Shown: positions 51,064 to 62,352, counted from the whole stretch's first letter. The stretch is 63,618 nt of DNA, filler included, from Octopus bimaculoides (GCF_001194135.2; 4 parts of 4 records of this genome joined end to end with filler, not necessarily neighbours in it); one strand, 5' to 3'. Translations and numbers: made by a program. Notes: generated by a model from the sequence alone, not told the origin.

Positions 51064-53019
51064 TTTCAGTAGTTTTATTTTTATAACGTGCTTTCACTTC
51101 ACTACNNNNNNNNNNNNNNNNNNNNNNNNNNNNNNNNNNNNNNNNNNNNNNNNNNNNNNNNNNNNNNNNNNNNNNNNNNNNNNNNNNNNNNNNNNNNNNN
51201 NNNNNNNNNNNNNNNNNNNNNNNNNNNNNNNNNNNNNNNNNNNNNNNNNNNNNNNNNNNNNNNNNNNNNNNNNNNNNNNNNNNNNNNNNNNNNNNNNNNN
51301 NNNNNNNNNNNNNNNNNNNNNNNNNNNNNNNNNNNNNNNNNNNNNNNNNNNNNNNNNNNNNNNNNNNNNNNNNNNNNNNNNNNNNNNNNNNNNNNNNNNN
51401 NNNNNNNNNNNNNNNNNNNNNNNNNNNNNNNNNNNNNNNNNNNNNNNNNNNNNNNNNNNNNNNNNNNNNNNNNNNNNNNNNNNNNNNNNNNNNNNNNNNN
51501 NNNNNNNNNNNNNNNNNNNNNNNNNNNNNNNNNNNNNNNNNNNNNNNNNNNNNNNNNNNNNNNNNNNNNNNNNNNNNNNNNNNNNNNNNNNNNNNNNNNN
51601 NNNNNNNNNNNNNNNNNNNNNNNNNNNNNNNNNNNNNNNNNNNNNNNNNNNNNNNNNNNNNNNNNNNNNNNNNNNNNNNNNNNNNNNNNNNNNNNNNNNN
51701 NNNNNNNNNNNNNNNNNNNNNNNNNNNNNNNNNNNNNNNNNNNNNNNNNNNNNNNNNNNNNNNNNNNNNNNNNNNNNNNNNNNNNNNNNNNNNNNNNNNN
51801 NNNNNNNNNNNNNNNNNNNNNNNNNNNNNNNNNNNNNNNNNNNNNNNNNNNNNNNNNNNNNNNNNNNNNNNNNNNNNNNNNNNNNNNNNNNNNNNNNNNN
51901 NNNNNNNNNNNNNNNNNNNNNNNNNNNNNNNNNNNNNNNNNNNNNNNNNNNNNNNNNNNNNNNNNNNNNNNNNNNNNNNNNNNNNNNNNNNNNNNNNNNN
52001 NNNNNNNNNNNNNNNNNNNNNNNNNNNNTTGATTTCATGTTTGTATTTGTCAGCTTCCTTAAATACTTAAAACAGTTTTTTGTTTTGCTCGTGTTTTGTG
52101 GCTATTTGTATTAGTTTCCCTTGCTTCTGGAGTAGGTATTTTTGCAGTCCTATGGTGGTTATTTTATAATAGTTTTCTAGCTGTATAAGACCCCTGTCAC
52201 CTTCTGTGCGTGGTATATATGGCCTTTCTATGTCAGATTTTGGGTGGTGCATCTTATATCCTGTCATTATTTTTCTTGTTTTCCTGTCTATTTTAGATAG
52301 TTCACTTAGTGTCCAGTTAAGGAAGTTGTAGCTGTAGCTTATAACTGGGACAGCTAAACTGTTGATACCCATTATCTTGTTTTTAGCATTGAGCTCTGTT
52401 TTTAGAATTGATCTAACTCGACTATAGTACTCTTTCTTTATTTTTCCTTTCATTTGTGCATGGTGTATCCTATCTAGTTCATTGACTCCTAAATACTTGT
52501 ATGGTTGGCTTTCGTCTAGTTCTCTTACTGGGCTAAACTAAATGCGAAAGAAATGGACAGAGAAAAATCCCAGCAATGGCTGAGAAGCTTTTAACTAATT
52601 TTCATCTTTTCAGGGTTGCTTTGGCACATTTTTCTAATCCGAATTTCATATCTATTTTCTTGGTAAAGCCGTGTACTCTCTGTAGTATTGTTTCTACCTC
52701 TTTGTCGTTTATAGCATATAATTTTAGGTCATCCATATATAGAAGGTGACTGACTGTTTTTCCGTAGCATTTGTAAACGCATCCAGTTCTATTTAGCAAT
52801 TCTGTTAAAGGTGTGAGTGCCAGGCAGAACAGGAGTGGAGAGAGCGTGTCTCCCTGGAATATTCCTCTTCTAATGGGGATGGCTTTCGTTTTCACAAGTC
52901 CCTCTTTTGTTTGGAGCTGTAGCACTGTCTGCCATTTGTTCATTGAGTGCTTTATGTATTTTATGATAATTGGTGCCACCTTGTTTATGGCTAGTGTTTC
53001 CAGAATCCACGTGTGGGGA
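51064..53019 (-). mobile_element. R4/Dong-clade LINE: RT region, probable 3' end at 51064-51105, middle lost in an N gap
   Basis: RRGIFQGDTLSPLLFCLALTPL; SHLLYMDDLKLYA; KFGLEKCAKA; YLG; KKEYYSRVRSILKTELNAKNK...HPKSDIERPYIPRTEGDRGL. (AAT)n tail at 50950-51063. Confidence 0.85.
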
Positions 53020-53119
53020 NNNNNNNNNNNNNNNNNNNNNNNNNNNNNNNNNNNNNNNNNNNNTTAATTAATTAANNNNNNNNNNNNNNNNNNNNNNNNN
53101 NNNNNNNNNNNNNNNNNNN

Positions 53120-53161
<42 letters not shown>

Positions 53162-53593
53162 TATATATAATGATATAAATAAAATATATATATATATATA
53201 TAATGATATAAATAAAACATATATATATATATATATATATATGCATATATACATACATATATGTATATATATATGCATATATGGGTACAGGACGTCACAA
53301 AATTGAAACAACATGAAATATGTAAACAACAAGAATTCTGAAATACGAAAACAACATGAAATATGAGGCAAACTTGGGTATGCGAACAACGAGACAAACA
53401 AATGGAAAACGAGACAAGTAACATAAAGAACGACCCTTCATCAGTTGACGGCTGTTCATCTACTCCACATTTTCAGCAGCTCACAACAATATGAGGCTTC
53501 AAAAAGCAGTTGCTTCCGCAAACCAAAATATGATTTGGGATTTTTTCACTCCACTTCTGCTACTGCTGTTATTTCTTAGTATGTATCTTCCTT

Positions 53594-53648
53594 ATTTTTA
53601 CCCTATTTTTACCCTATTTTTACCCTATTTTTACCCTATTTTTACCCT
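53594..53648. repeat. 11-bp tandem repeat x5 (ATTTTTACCCT)
   Basis: Five exact copies. Confidence 0.95.
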
Positions 53649-54069
53649 ATGAGAATAGGAGGTTTTGTAAGTTCTTAATGTTTTTAATTAGTTCTCAAAC
53701 CTTGAAAAATTTTATATTTTATTTTATTTAATGCCTGACTCTAAAAGGATCCTTATTATTCCATTATTTCAGGGCTTGTAGTGGTATTGTTATAGTTATT
53801 CTATAGTTTGAGTTAAATAAATCTAATCCTTGTTCCATTAATATTCTGTAATTCAGCTGCACAAGGATATAGAAAATTTACTTATCAGACGGGTAGTCAT
53901 GGTGGGTATGCAGGGCTTCGTATATTTTACCCCAGTGTCACTTTGATGGCATGCACTGCTCTCTCACTCAATAATAATAATGATAATGATGATAATAACA
54001 ACAACAACAACAACAATAAGAAGAAGAAGATTGAAGAATTATTATTATTATTATTATTATTATTGCCAA

Positions 54070-54468
54070 GATGTTGCTTGGTAATAAAAAACTGGTTCAC
54101 TGTTACCTATCTGCGCTCCATAGTACAACTACTGAGGAATTTCAACCATGTTTTGTGGTCTGCTACCACAACAGCTCCTTTATAGGATCCAGTTAGCTGA
54201 AGACATCATCAGGAGGAACCACGTCCGGTTTCGGCCCCTACTCCTCTACCGTTTTGACGTGGCGGGGCCCCTCCTTTCGGAGGTGTCTTCAGCTCTGGTG
54301 TTGGGTGCATGTCTTCTTTCTTCTATTCCCTGGCCTCTTCGATGCAGCATCAACGAGTGTCAGCGTCCGACTGATCGTCGTGTCAAGTTCCCCTTTTTAT
54401 ATCTGCTGCTAGGCTCCAGCAGGCAGCCCCAGCTAGTTGTCACGTGACACTGTCTAAATTTCCCGCTG
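54070..54468 (-). mobile_element. GC-rich structured element, possible PLE pseudo-LTR with TATA-like motif and hammerhead-like core
   Basis: Minus strand: TATAAAAAG ... CTGAAGA-CACCTCC(GAAA)GGAGG-GGCCCC...GGGGCC-GAAACCGGAC...CTGATGA. 11-bp IR AGCTGAAGACA/TGTCTTCAGCT. Ends in (AAT)n. Confidence 0.4.
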
Positions 54469-55079
54469 NNNNNNNNNNNNNNNNNNNNNNNNNNNNNNNN
54501 NNNNNNNNNNNNNNNNNNNNNNNNNNNNNNNNNNNNNNNNNNNNNNNNNNNNNNNNNNNNNNNNNNNNNNNNNNNNNNNNNNNNNNNNNNNNNNNNNNNN
54601 NNNNNNNNNNNNNNNNNNNNNNNNNNNNNNNNNNNNNNNNNNNNNNNNNNNNNNNNNNNNNNNNNNNNNNNNNNNNNNNNNNNNNNNNNNNNNNNNNNNN
54701 NNNNNNNNNNNNNNNNNNNNNNNNNNNNNNNNNNNNNNNNNNNNNNNNNNNNNNNNNNNNNNNNNNNNNNNNNNNNNNNNNNNNNNNNNNNNNNNNNNNN
54801 NNNNNNNNNNNNNNNNNNNNNNNNNNNNNNNNNNNNNNNNNNNNNNNNNNNNNNNNNNNNNNNNNNNNNNNNNNNNNNNNNNNNNNNNNNNNNNNNNNNN
54901 NNNNNNNNNNNNNNNNNNNNNNNNNNNNNNNNNNNNNNNNNNNNNNNNNNNNNNNNNNNNNNNNNNNNNNNNNNNNNNNNNNNNNNNNNNNNNNNNNNNN
55001 NNNNNNNNNNNNNNNNNNNNNNNNNNNNNNNNNNNNNNNNNNNNNNNNNNGGTGAGTTCTTTATTTTTGTTGTTATTAT

Positions 55080-55240
55080 TATTAGTGGTGGTAGTGGCGG
55101 TTGTTGTGGGGGTGTTGTTGTTAGTGGCAGTCTGATGGTGGTGGTAGTGGTGGTGGCGGTTGTTGTAGTTGTTGTTATTGTAGATGTTAATGATGGAAAG
55201 GAGAAGAGAGGGACTTACGTTGGAAGTGAGAGTGTGTGTA

Positions 55241-55281
<41 letters not shown>

Positions 55282-55451
55282 GACAGACAGACAGAGAGAC
55301 AGACAGAGAGACAGAGAGAGAGACAGAGAGAGAGACAGACAGAGAGACAGAGAGAGAGAGACAGACAGAGAGATGTTGGAGAATGTGTGGGAAGATGTAA
55401 AAGAATTTCAGAGTCACTCGCTGTTAATTTGGTTAATACTTTCATATCAGA

Positions 55452-55490
<39 letters not shown>
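55080..55490. repeat. (GGT/GTT)n, (GA)n, (GACAGAGA)n and (GT)n microsatellites
   Basis: Directly visible. Confidence 0.9.
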
Positions 55491-55494
<4 letters not shown>

Positions 55495-55499
55495 TTTGA

Positions 55500-55740
55500 C
55501 TTCAAAATTTCCACAGGTGCATCCAAACAGAAAAGACCCTGTGTTTGTCCCCCACCACCACTTGTCAACCGGTGTTGATATGTTTATATCCCCGTAAATA
55601 GCGGTTCTGCATAAGTGATCGGTAGATAAGCACCTGGCTTAACAAAAAAAAAATTTTTTTTTTTTAAATAAAGAAAAAGAAATAGTATCAGGGTCGACTC
55701 ATTCAACTAAAAATTCTTCAAGTTGGTGCCCTAGCTTGGT
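55500..55740 (+). mobile_element. SINE family B body
   Basis: TGTTTGTCCCCCACCACCACTTGTCAACCGGTGTTG...GGTCGACTCATTCAACTAAA. Confidence 0.65.
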
Positions 55741-56034
55741 GGTACTCTTAAACTAGACCCGGCCCAAAAGCTGGCAACAAAATAGACTTTGCTAAAGGTA
55801 CCTAAGAAACACCATGAGGTGGTGATGACCCTGTCATGCCATATTCCGGCTATAGCAGGAATAGGTTAAGCTTCGTATCAGCCAGATTCTCATTAAACCG
55901 GTAATGAACAACAAACGTAGAAAAAGAAGGGGCAGCTGATTCTATCCATTAGTTTGCCTGCAATCCTTACTCTTGAGCTGTTTATGCAACTATTTATTTT
56001 TTGGTTGGTAACCCAACTAGAGAATAAAGTTAGA

Positions 56035-56630
56035 GGATCTTTGTGATTTGACGGGCAACACTTGTTTTCTTAACGAAACACTTCCAAACTTGGGACACTG
56101 GTAGAATGTGTCATATAAAACAACTTCTTCTCTTAACCTTCTTAACAAAAAATTGTACATCGCAAATTATTTCATGTTAAAGTTGTCGTATTTCTGTAAT
56201 TTCAACCAATCACTGACGTCTATTCAGCTGAATACAGTTAGTGCTGTTCGGTGTCAAGTGTGTTATTCCCTGTTTAATTATATCATTATTCCCTAGTAAG
56301 GGTTTAGGGTTTTAGGGTTAGGGTTNNNNNNNNNNNNAACAGTGACACGGATAGTTTTTGTTGACAAACAACGGCACTAATTTTATTCAAGGGAAAAAAT
56401 CCCGTAACACCGTTGTTTATATTCCACGGCGTAATTGTTTTCACCTCAATAGACGTCAGTGATTGGTTGAAATTACCGAAATACGACAATTTTTTACATG
56501 TAATAATTTCGAATACAAAATTTTTTATCTGTTCTATACCACAAAATATACAAGTATTTGAAAATTGAAAGTGTTTCGGTACCAAAAACACTACATAAAA
56601 AAAATGTTGCCCGTCAAATCACAAAGATCC
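56035..56630. mobile_element. Non-autonomous TIR element (Merlin-like MITE) with central telomere-like repeats
   Basis: Perfect 26-bp TIR GGATCTTTGTGATTTGACGGGCAACA, exact 8-bp TSD AAGTTAGA (56027-34 / 56631-38), internal ~70-bp imperfect IR, and (T2-4AGGG)n at 56298-56325. Confidence 0.85.
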
Positions 56631-57024
56631 AAGTTAGACACCGGGACTCAGATCTGAGAGGCTAAACCAGGCAACAAATTATTTGTGCCATTCAAGTAGG
56701 TAATGGTATGATTTGAACTCAGAATGTTCAGAACTGGAATAAAAACTCACAATGCGTCTTGGTATAACAAATTTACAGTTTTGCTAATCCACATTCCCTG
56801 GGTTATGTTTTTTTTTTTATATATCAAACTCTAAAAGGATGGGAAACTCTGCCATAGCCAGTCCCAAGCCTGGTTGAGAAAGGAAGAGGATGGGAGGCAC
56901 AGGGTTAGCTGTCCTACATTGTCAATTTTCTACATTGCACATTACGAGTGAAACACCAAGAGAACGTATGGAACTTATTACTGGTAAGGGGAGATAATTC
57001 TCTGAAACTACGTATGAAGCCACA

Positions 57025-57209
57025 AAATCCTTCTTACAATAGGCACAAGGCCTGATGTTTGGTTTTATTCTTTTTTTTATTCCAGTTCTGTACCCAACTG
57101 GTACTTATTTTATCGATCTCAAAAGGATGAAAGGTGAAGTCGACCTCGTGTGCAGACGGAAGAAATGCCGTTCAGCATTTTGCCTGGCGTTCTGCCAGCT
57201 TGGTCGCCT
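57025..57209 (-). mobile_element. SINE family A copy with 12-bp TSD
   Basis: TSD TATGAAGCCACA at 57013-57024 and 57210-57221. Confidence 0.8.
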
Positions 57210-57509
57210 TATGAAGCCACATAATGAAAGCCAAAAAGGAAGCTACAATATGGAACTTTCCCTCATGAAGGGAAATTTGGAAAACATAAAGCAACATGGG
57301 AAAAGTCCACAGAAACTGAAGCACTGACGGGCAGCTTCACCTAGAGATAACTGCAATCCATTGGCAAAGACAGTTGGTGACCCCTTATTGATATCCTATG
57401 TAGAGTCAAAGAAATTAAAAGAAAAAGAAGAAAAGGGTGAAAGGTAGAGTTTAAACTTCAAATGCAGAAAGTCAGAACTAAGCCCTGGATGCATTCTTGT
57501 ATCCAATGC

Positions 57510-57640
57510 AGTAATGTGTAGTAAGAAGCTTGCTTCCCAACCACATGGTTCCAGGTTCAGTCCCACTGCATGGCACCTTCTGTAAGTGTCTTCTACTATA
57601 GCCTTGGGCTGACCAAAGCCTTTTGAGTGGATTTGGTAGA
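57510..57640 (+). mobile_element. SINE family B head (tRNA-like)
   Basis: GTAAGAAGCTTGCTTCCCAACCACATGGTTCCAGGTTCAGTCCC (B-box-like). Confidence 0.65.
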
Positions 57641-57830
57641 TAGATAGTTTATATTCATTTAAAAGAAGAAAAGAAAATGGTGATTAGGAAGTTAATAATG
57701 GGGCCTCACTGCTGCTAAAAACTATCACACACACAAACAGACAATGACAAAAACGCATGTGCACATAAGGATACATATCTTAGAAGTACAGAATAGAGTA
57801 AGTGGAGCAAGAACACACACGAAAACGAAG

Positions 57831-57875
57831 TGTCGCTGAAGAGGTCACAGATGTGTGACGAAAGATTTCCGGACA
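57831..57875 (+). ncRNA. Minimal type I hammerhead-like ribozyme
   Basis: TGTCG-CTGAAGA-G-GTCACA(GATG)TGTGAC-GAA-AGATTT-C-CG(G)ACA. Canonical core, 6-bp stem II, self-complementary stem III with wobbles, cleavage after UUC (57869). Confidence 0.65.
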
Positions 57876-58072
57876 ATGGACACGAGTTAAAATTAATAAA
57901 ATAAAAACAGTAATAAACGAGAAGAAAAAAATAATAGTGTGTGTGTTTATTTGGCAAGAAAAAAAAAGACCATCTTGAAATACAATATCTGTTTCAACAA
58001 ACGATTTCACCAGGAATCTTGCAAAACGAAGTTAATAATTGTTCATTATTAACAACAAATTCGTCATCTTCG

Positions 58073-58111
<39 letters not shown>

Positions 58112-58239
58112 TAAACTTTGATATAAGTACCGTAGTTGTCAAAATAATATCTAAAGATCACCATATATATAGATAAAAAGGAACAAGTTTAAAATAACGG
58201 TCGTTACACATTTTCCCTTCATTGGAGCAAATATATGTG

Positions 58240-59305
58240 TGTGTGTGTATGTGTCTTTGTGTCTTTTTGTCTCCCTACCATCACTTGACAATTAGTGCTG
58301 GTGTGTTTACGTCTCTGTAACTTAGCGATTCGGTAAAGAGATGGAGAGAATAAGTACCAGGCTTCTAAAAACATAAGTACTGGGTTCGATACATTCGACT
58401 AAAAATTATTCAAGGTGGTGTCCCAGCATGGCCGTTGTCTAATGACTGAAACAAGTAAAAAATATAAGAAAGATATGTCCGTGTGTGTGTGTGTATGCGT
58501 GGGTATTTGTGCTTGTCCCTCAGCACCGTTTAACAACCGGTGTTGGTTTGTGTACGCCCCAGTAACTTAGTGGTTCGGCAAAGGAACGAAAAAATTAACG
58601 ATAGAGTAAGTACCAAGCTTAAAAACATGCACTGGAGTCGATTTCTTTGAATTAAACCCTTCAAAGCGATGCCTTAGCATATCTGCTGTGGAATGATTGA
58701 AACAGAGAGAGAGAGAGAAGAGAGAGTGGGAAAGACAGAGATTGTGAGAGTCGAGGAATTTTAACAGAAAATACATGCTTTCTGCATGTCACTGCAAAGA
58801 AACTTTGAAGGGAGTTAATTCTGGTCAAAAGTATGTTAATAATTACTTCCCTTTAAATAATCTTTACATTCTTCTATGTCTACTCTTTTACTTGTTTCAG
58901 TCATTTGACTGCGGCCATGCTGGAGCACCGCCTTTAGTCGAGTAAATCGACCCTAGGACTTATTCTTTGTAAGCCTAGTACTTATTCTATCGGTCTCTTT
59001 TACAGAACCGCTCAGTTACGGGGACGTAAACACACCACTATCAGTTGTCAAGCGATGTTGGGGGTGGGNNNNNNNNNNNNNNNNNNNNNNNNNNNNNNNN
59101 NNNNNNNNNNNNNNNGGGACAAACACAAGCACACATACATATATACGACGGGCTTCTCTCAGTTTCCGTCTACCAAATCCACTCACAAGGCTTTGGTTGG
59201 CCCTGGGCTATAGTAGAAGACACTTGCCCAAGGTGTCATGCAGTGGGACTAAACCCAGAACCATGTGGTTGGTAAGTAAGCTACTTACCACACAGCCATT
59301 CCTAC
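58240..59305. mobile_element. Three SINE family B copies: 58240-58460 (+), 58480-58700 (+), 58884-59305 (-, near complete)
   Basis: Shared blocks GTGTTTACGTC..GTAACTTAGCG and CCAGCATGGCCG..AATGACTGAAACAAGTAAAA. Confidence 0.8.
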
Positions 59306-59379
59306 GTGTATCATTAATTTCTGATAGGAACACTATATTTCGTTGAGCTATTATAATATACTACCGAGTATATTAAAGA

Positions 59380-62345
59380 TTTATAAGTCAATATTATGTT
59401 CTACCTTTTTCCTTAACAGTGCTCTGGTGGTAAAGTTAATTTATCGCTATTTTAGGATCCACCAGAGCCCATGGAAACTTTGCTGGTTGCATCAACAGCA
59501 TATGGTAAAGAATTCTGAAACCAAATACAAAGATACAACGTTGCAATCCAAATGACATCATTTGGAGCAAATTTCATATCTGAAGAACAATTTAAGCTAA
59601 CTTTCAGAGAATCCGATCACTTCAATCGTTGCCTATTTCATAGGCGATTCTATTATTGAAGGCCATACTAGGCACAACAGTGACCTAAACACAAGGCTAG
59701 AGCTGATACTACAGCTACAAGGGTTGCTTCATTCTTATAACAGCTACATTACCAGTTTTAAATGTTCTGGAAGTTAGTGCTAATATACCCTAGTTTAAAA
59801 TAGTTACTGACGCTGATAAGAGAACTTCAAGTGAACATTCTCACAGATTTTATGCTCCAGAATGTTATGAAGTGACTCTTGTGATTACTAGAGAGTATCA
59901 TGGCAGCAAACGAAATATTGGGTTAAAAATATATGACAACAACATCCAATTTATCAGCGAAACCTACCGTTCCTATGATATGCTACAATATCCTTTATTT
60001 TTTGTGAAAATGGGCATCATTTTAACATTAGACAAACTGGACACACCTGAACGAAAACAGCCTCTTTCATTGACTTTCATACTTACTGTTTTATGGCACA
60101 TATCAATTCCTTGAATCACCTACATTGTAGCCAAAACTTTTCCCACCAATTTGATCTAGATATGTTTGCAAGAATAGAAGCTGAAAGATTGAACTACATA
60201 AAACAACCAAACTTGGTTGAAATGAAACACAATCAACAATGATGTTGCTGGAGAAAACATTGGAGAATAGTGCATTCTGCCTTAAAACTTTGTAGAAAGC
60301 ACAAGATGTGTGCACGAATTAATACAGGATTTAATGAGCTATGTTCAAAACTGCAGTCAACCAGACCTATTTATCACATTTACCTGCAACCCAAGTGGAA
60401 AGAGATTCAAGACGAGTTGCATTCAGGCATGACCTCATATGTCAAGTCTTCCACCTTAAAGTTGAGAAAATTATGCATTTAATATCAAAAAGGTGGAAAT
60501 TTTTGGTACTGTCAGCATTATACCATTGAATAGCAAAAATGGGATTGCCTCCTGCACACATTCTAATCTGGCTTGCAACAAAAATACACCCAAACCAAAC
60601 CAACTTTGTAATATCAGCAGAACTTTTGACTCCAATATAGATAGTGAACTTTTTGAAATTGTCAAATCCCATATGGTTTACAGCGCCTGCGGTATTCTAA
60701 ACATGAATTCACCTTACATGAAAATTCAAAACCGAAAATGTGAAAAAAGTATCCTAAACCATTTGTACAAGAAACACAAACTTCTGATGATGGTTACTCA
60801 TCTTACCATCAAAGAAGCCCAGAGGAGAAAGTTTCAAAGCTAATACTGGGCGATATGAGATTAACAACCGATGGATCATGCCCTATAGTCCCCTCCTTAG
60901 CAAAGCTTCCAGCTCTCACATTAATATCAAATATTGTCACTCAGTCAAAGTTCTGATGCTGCCATGTTTGTGTTACAGTAATGTAATATGTTCAAGGAGG
61001 TGTCCAACTTCTAATTCAGCTGATGTGTCAGCAGTAATAAAGTATTCAGATGCATTTTTGGATTCCCAGCTCAGGCCCATTACCCCATCAGTACAAAAGC
61101 TTGACATTCATTTGGAAAATGGACAATGAGTATATTTTACTGCCTGAAATGCAGACCAAGCTATAGCACCTACAAAGACAATTTTGCTAGCATTTTTTGG
61201 ACTTTGTAGAACTGACAGCTTTGCATGAATCCTACTATATGGACAAATACCATCTTAATACACTGTTGATAAACATAGAGGAAAAGGGAACCCGTGAAAA
61301 CAAGGAAAACCAGTAGAAAACCATCCTGAAATTCATAACACAGAAATACTTTGGAGAATTTACACAATATATCCAGGACAGCAGAAATGTTTCCTCTTGA
61401 GGATACTGCTTAATGAAGCTAGAGGCCCACAAGGCTTCAATGAACTTCATACAATGTAGAAGCCCTCGTGTCTTGTGTTAACAAAGATGAATCAAAAGTA
61501 CTAGAAGTTCAAAAAGCAGTATATAATACTGTACTTGAGTCAAACGTGCAACAGAATGGTGGTCTATTTTTTATTGGTGCTCCAGGTGGAACTGGTAAAA
61601 CCTTGATAAACCTATTGTTGTCTAAAATTTGACAAAACCAAGAAATAGGTTTAGCAACTGCTTCATCTGGAATTGCAGTTACACTTTCACCTGGAGGCCA
61701 CACAGCTCATTCAAATTGGACTTGGGCCTCAGTTTGAATGAAATCTCCATGTGTCATATCAAGAAGGATGCAGGCACTGCCCAAGTATTGCAAACATGTG
61801 TGACAATATTGTTGGATGAATGCACAATGGTGTACAGGCATACATTGAGGGCCTTGGACAGAACATTGAAAGATATCCATAACAGCACAACAATCATGGT
61901 AGGAGCCACTGTCATTTTATCTGGGGACTTCCAACAAACTTCACCTATGATATCAAAAGGAACATGTGCTGATTAAGTTTGAGCGTGCCTAAAATCATCA
62001 AATTTATGGCCACATACCAGCAAACACAATTTAAGAACCAACATGCAGGCACAAATTCACAGTGACAATGTTTTTGTGATGTTTGCTTAGAAGCTTTTGA
62101 AACCTGGTGAAGGCAAAATATTTCTTGATACTGGACAATATATTGCCCCTTCATCATTTTGTACTGTTGTGGACAGCGTTGATAGCTTAATTAATCAAGA
62201 GTTCCCCAATTTTGAAATCCACCATCTCAATGATGAGTGGCTGTGTGAAACAGCAATCCATGCCCTCCGCAACATCACAATAAATGCTATCAACAAAAAT
62301 CTCTCACAAATAATCCTTGGAGGAAGCCAGAATTATAAAGCTTTC
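59380..62345 (+). mobile_element. Decayed Helitron Rep/PIF1-helicase gene
   Basis: CSGGKV..PPEP..RYNVAIQMTSFGA; FITFTCNPKWKEIQ; IE*QK..GLPPAHILIWL (HUH motif mutated); NNRWIMPYSPLLSK...HINIKYC; GAPGGTGKT; LLDECTM; ILSGDFQQ. Many stops. Confidence 0.9.
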
Positions 62346-62352
62346 CACCACA

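Noticed and set aside
13375-55055. Long ORFs of 100-314 aa made of X, and YIYI, SLSL, IIII, HTHT ORFs
   Set aside because: Artefacts of N gaps and microsatellites, with no coding signal.
56298-56337. True chromosome end or telomere fusion
   Set aside because: The repeats are enclosed by TIRs and an exact TSD, so they are transposon cargo.
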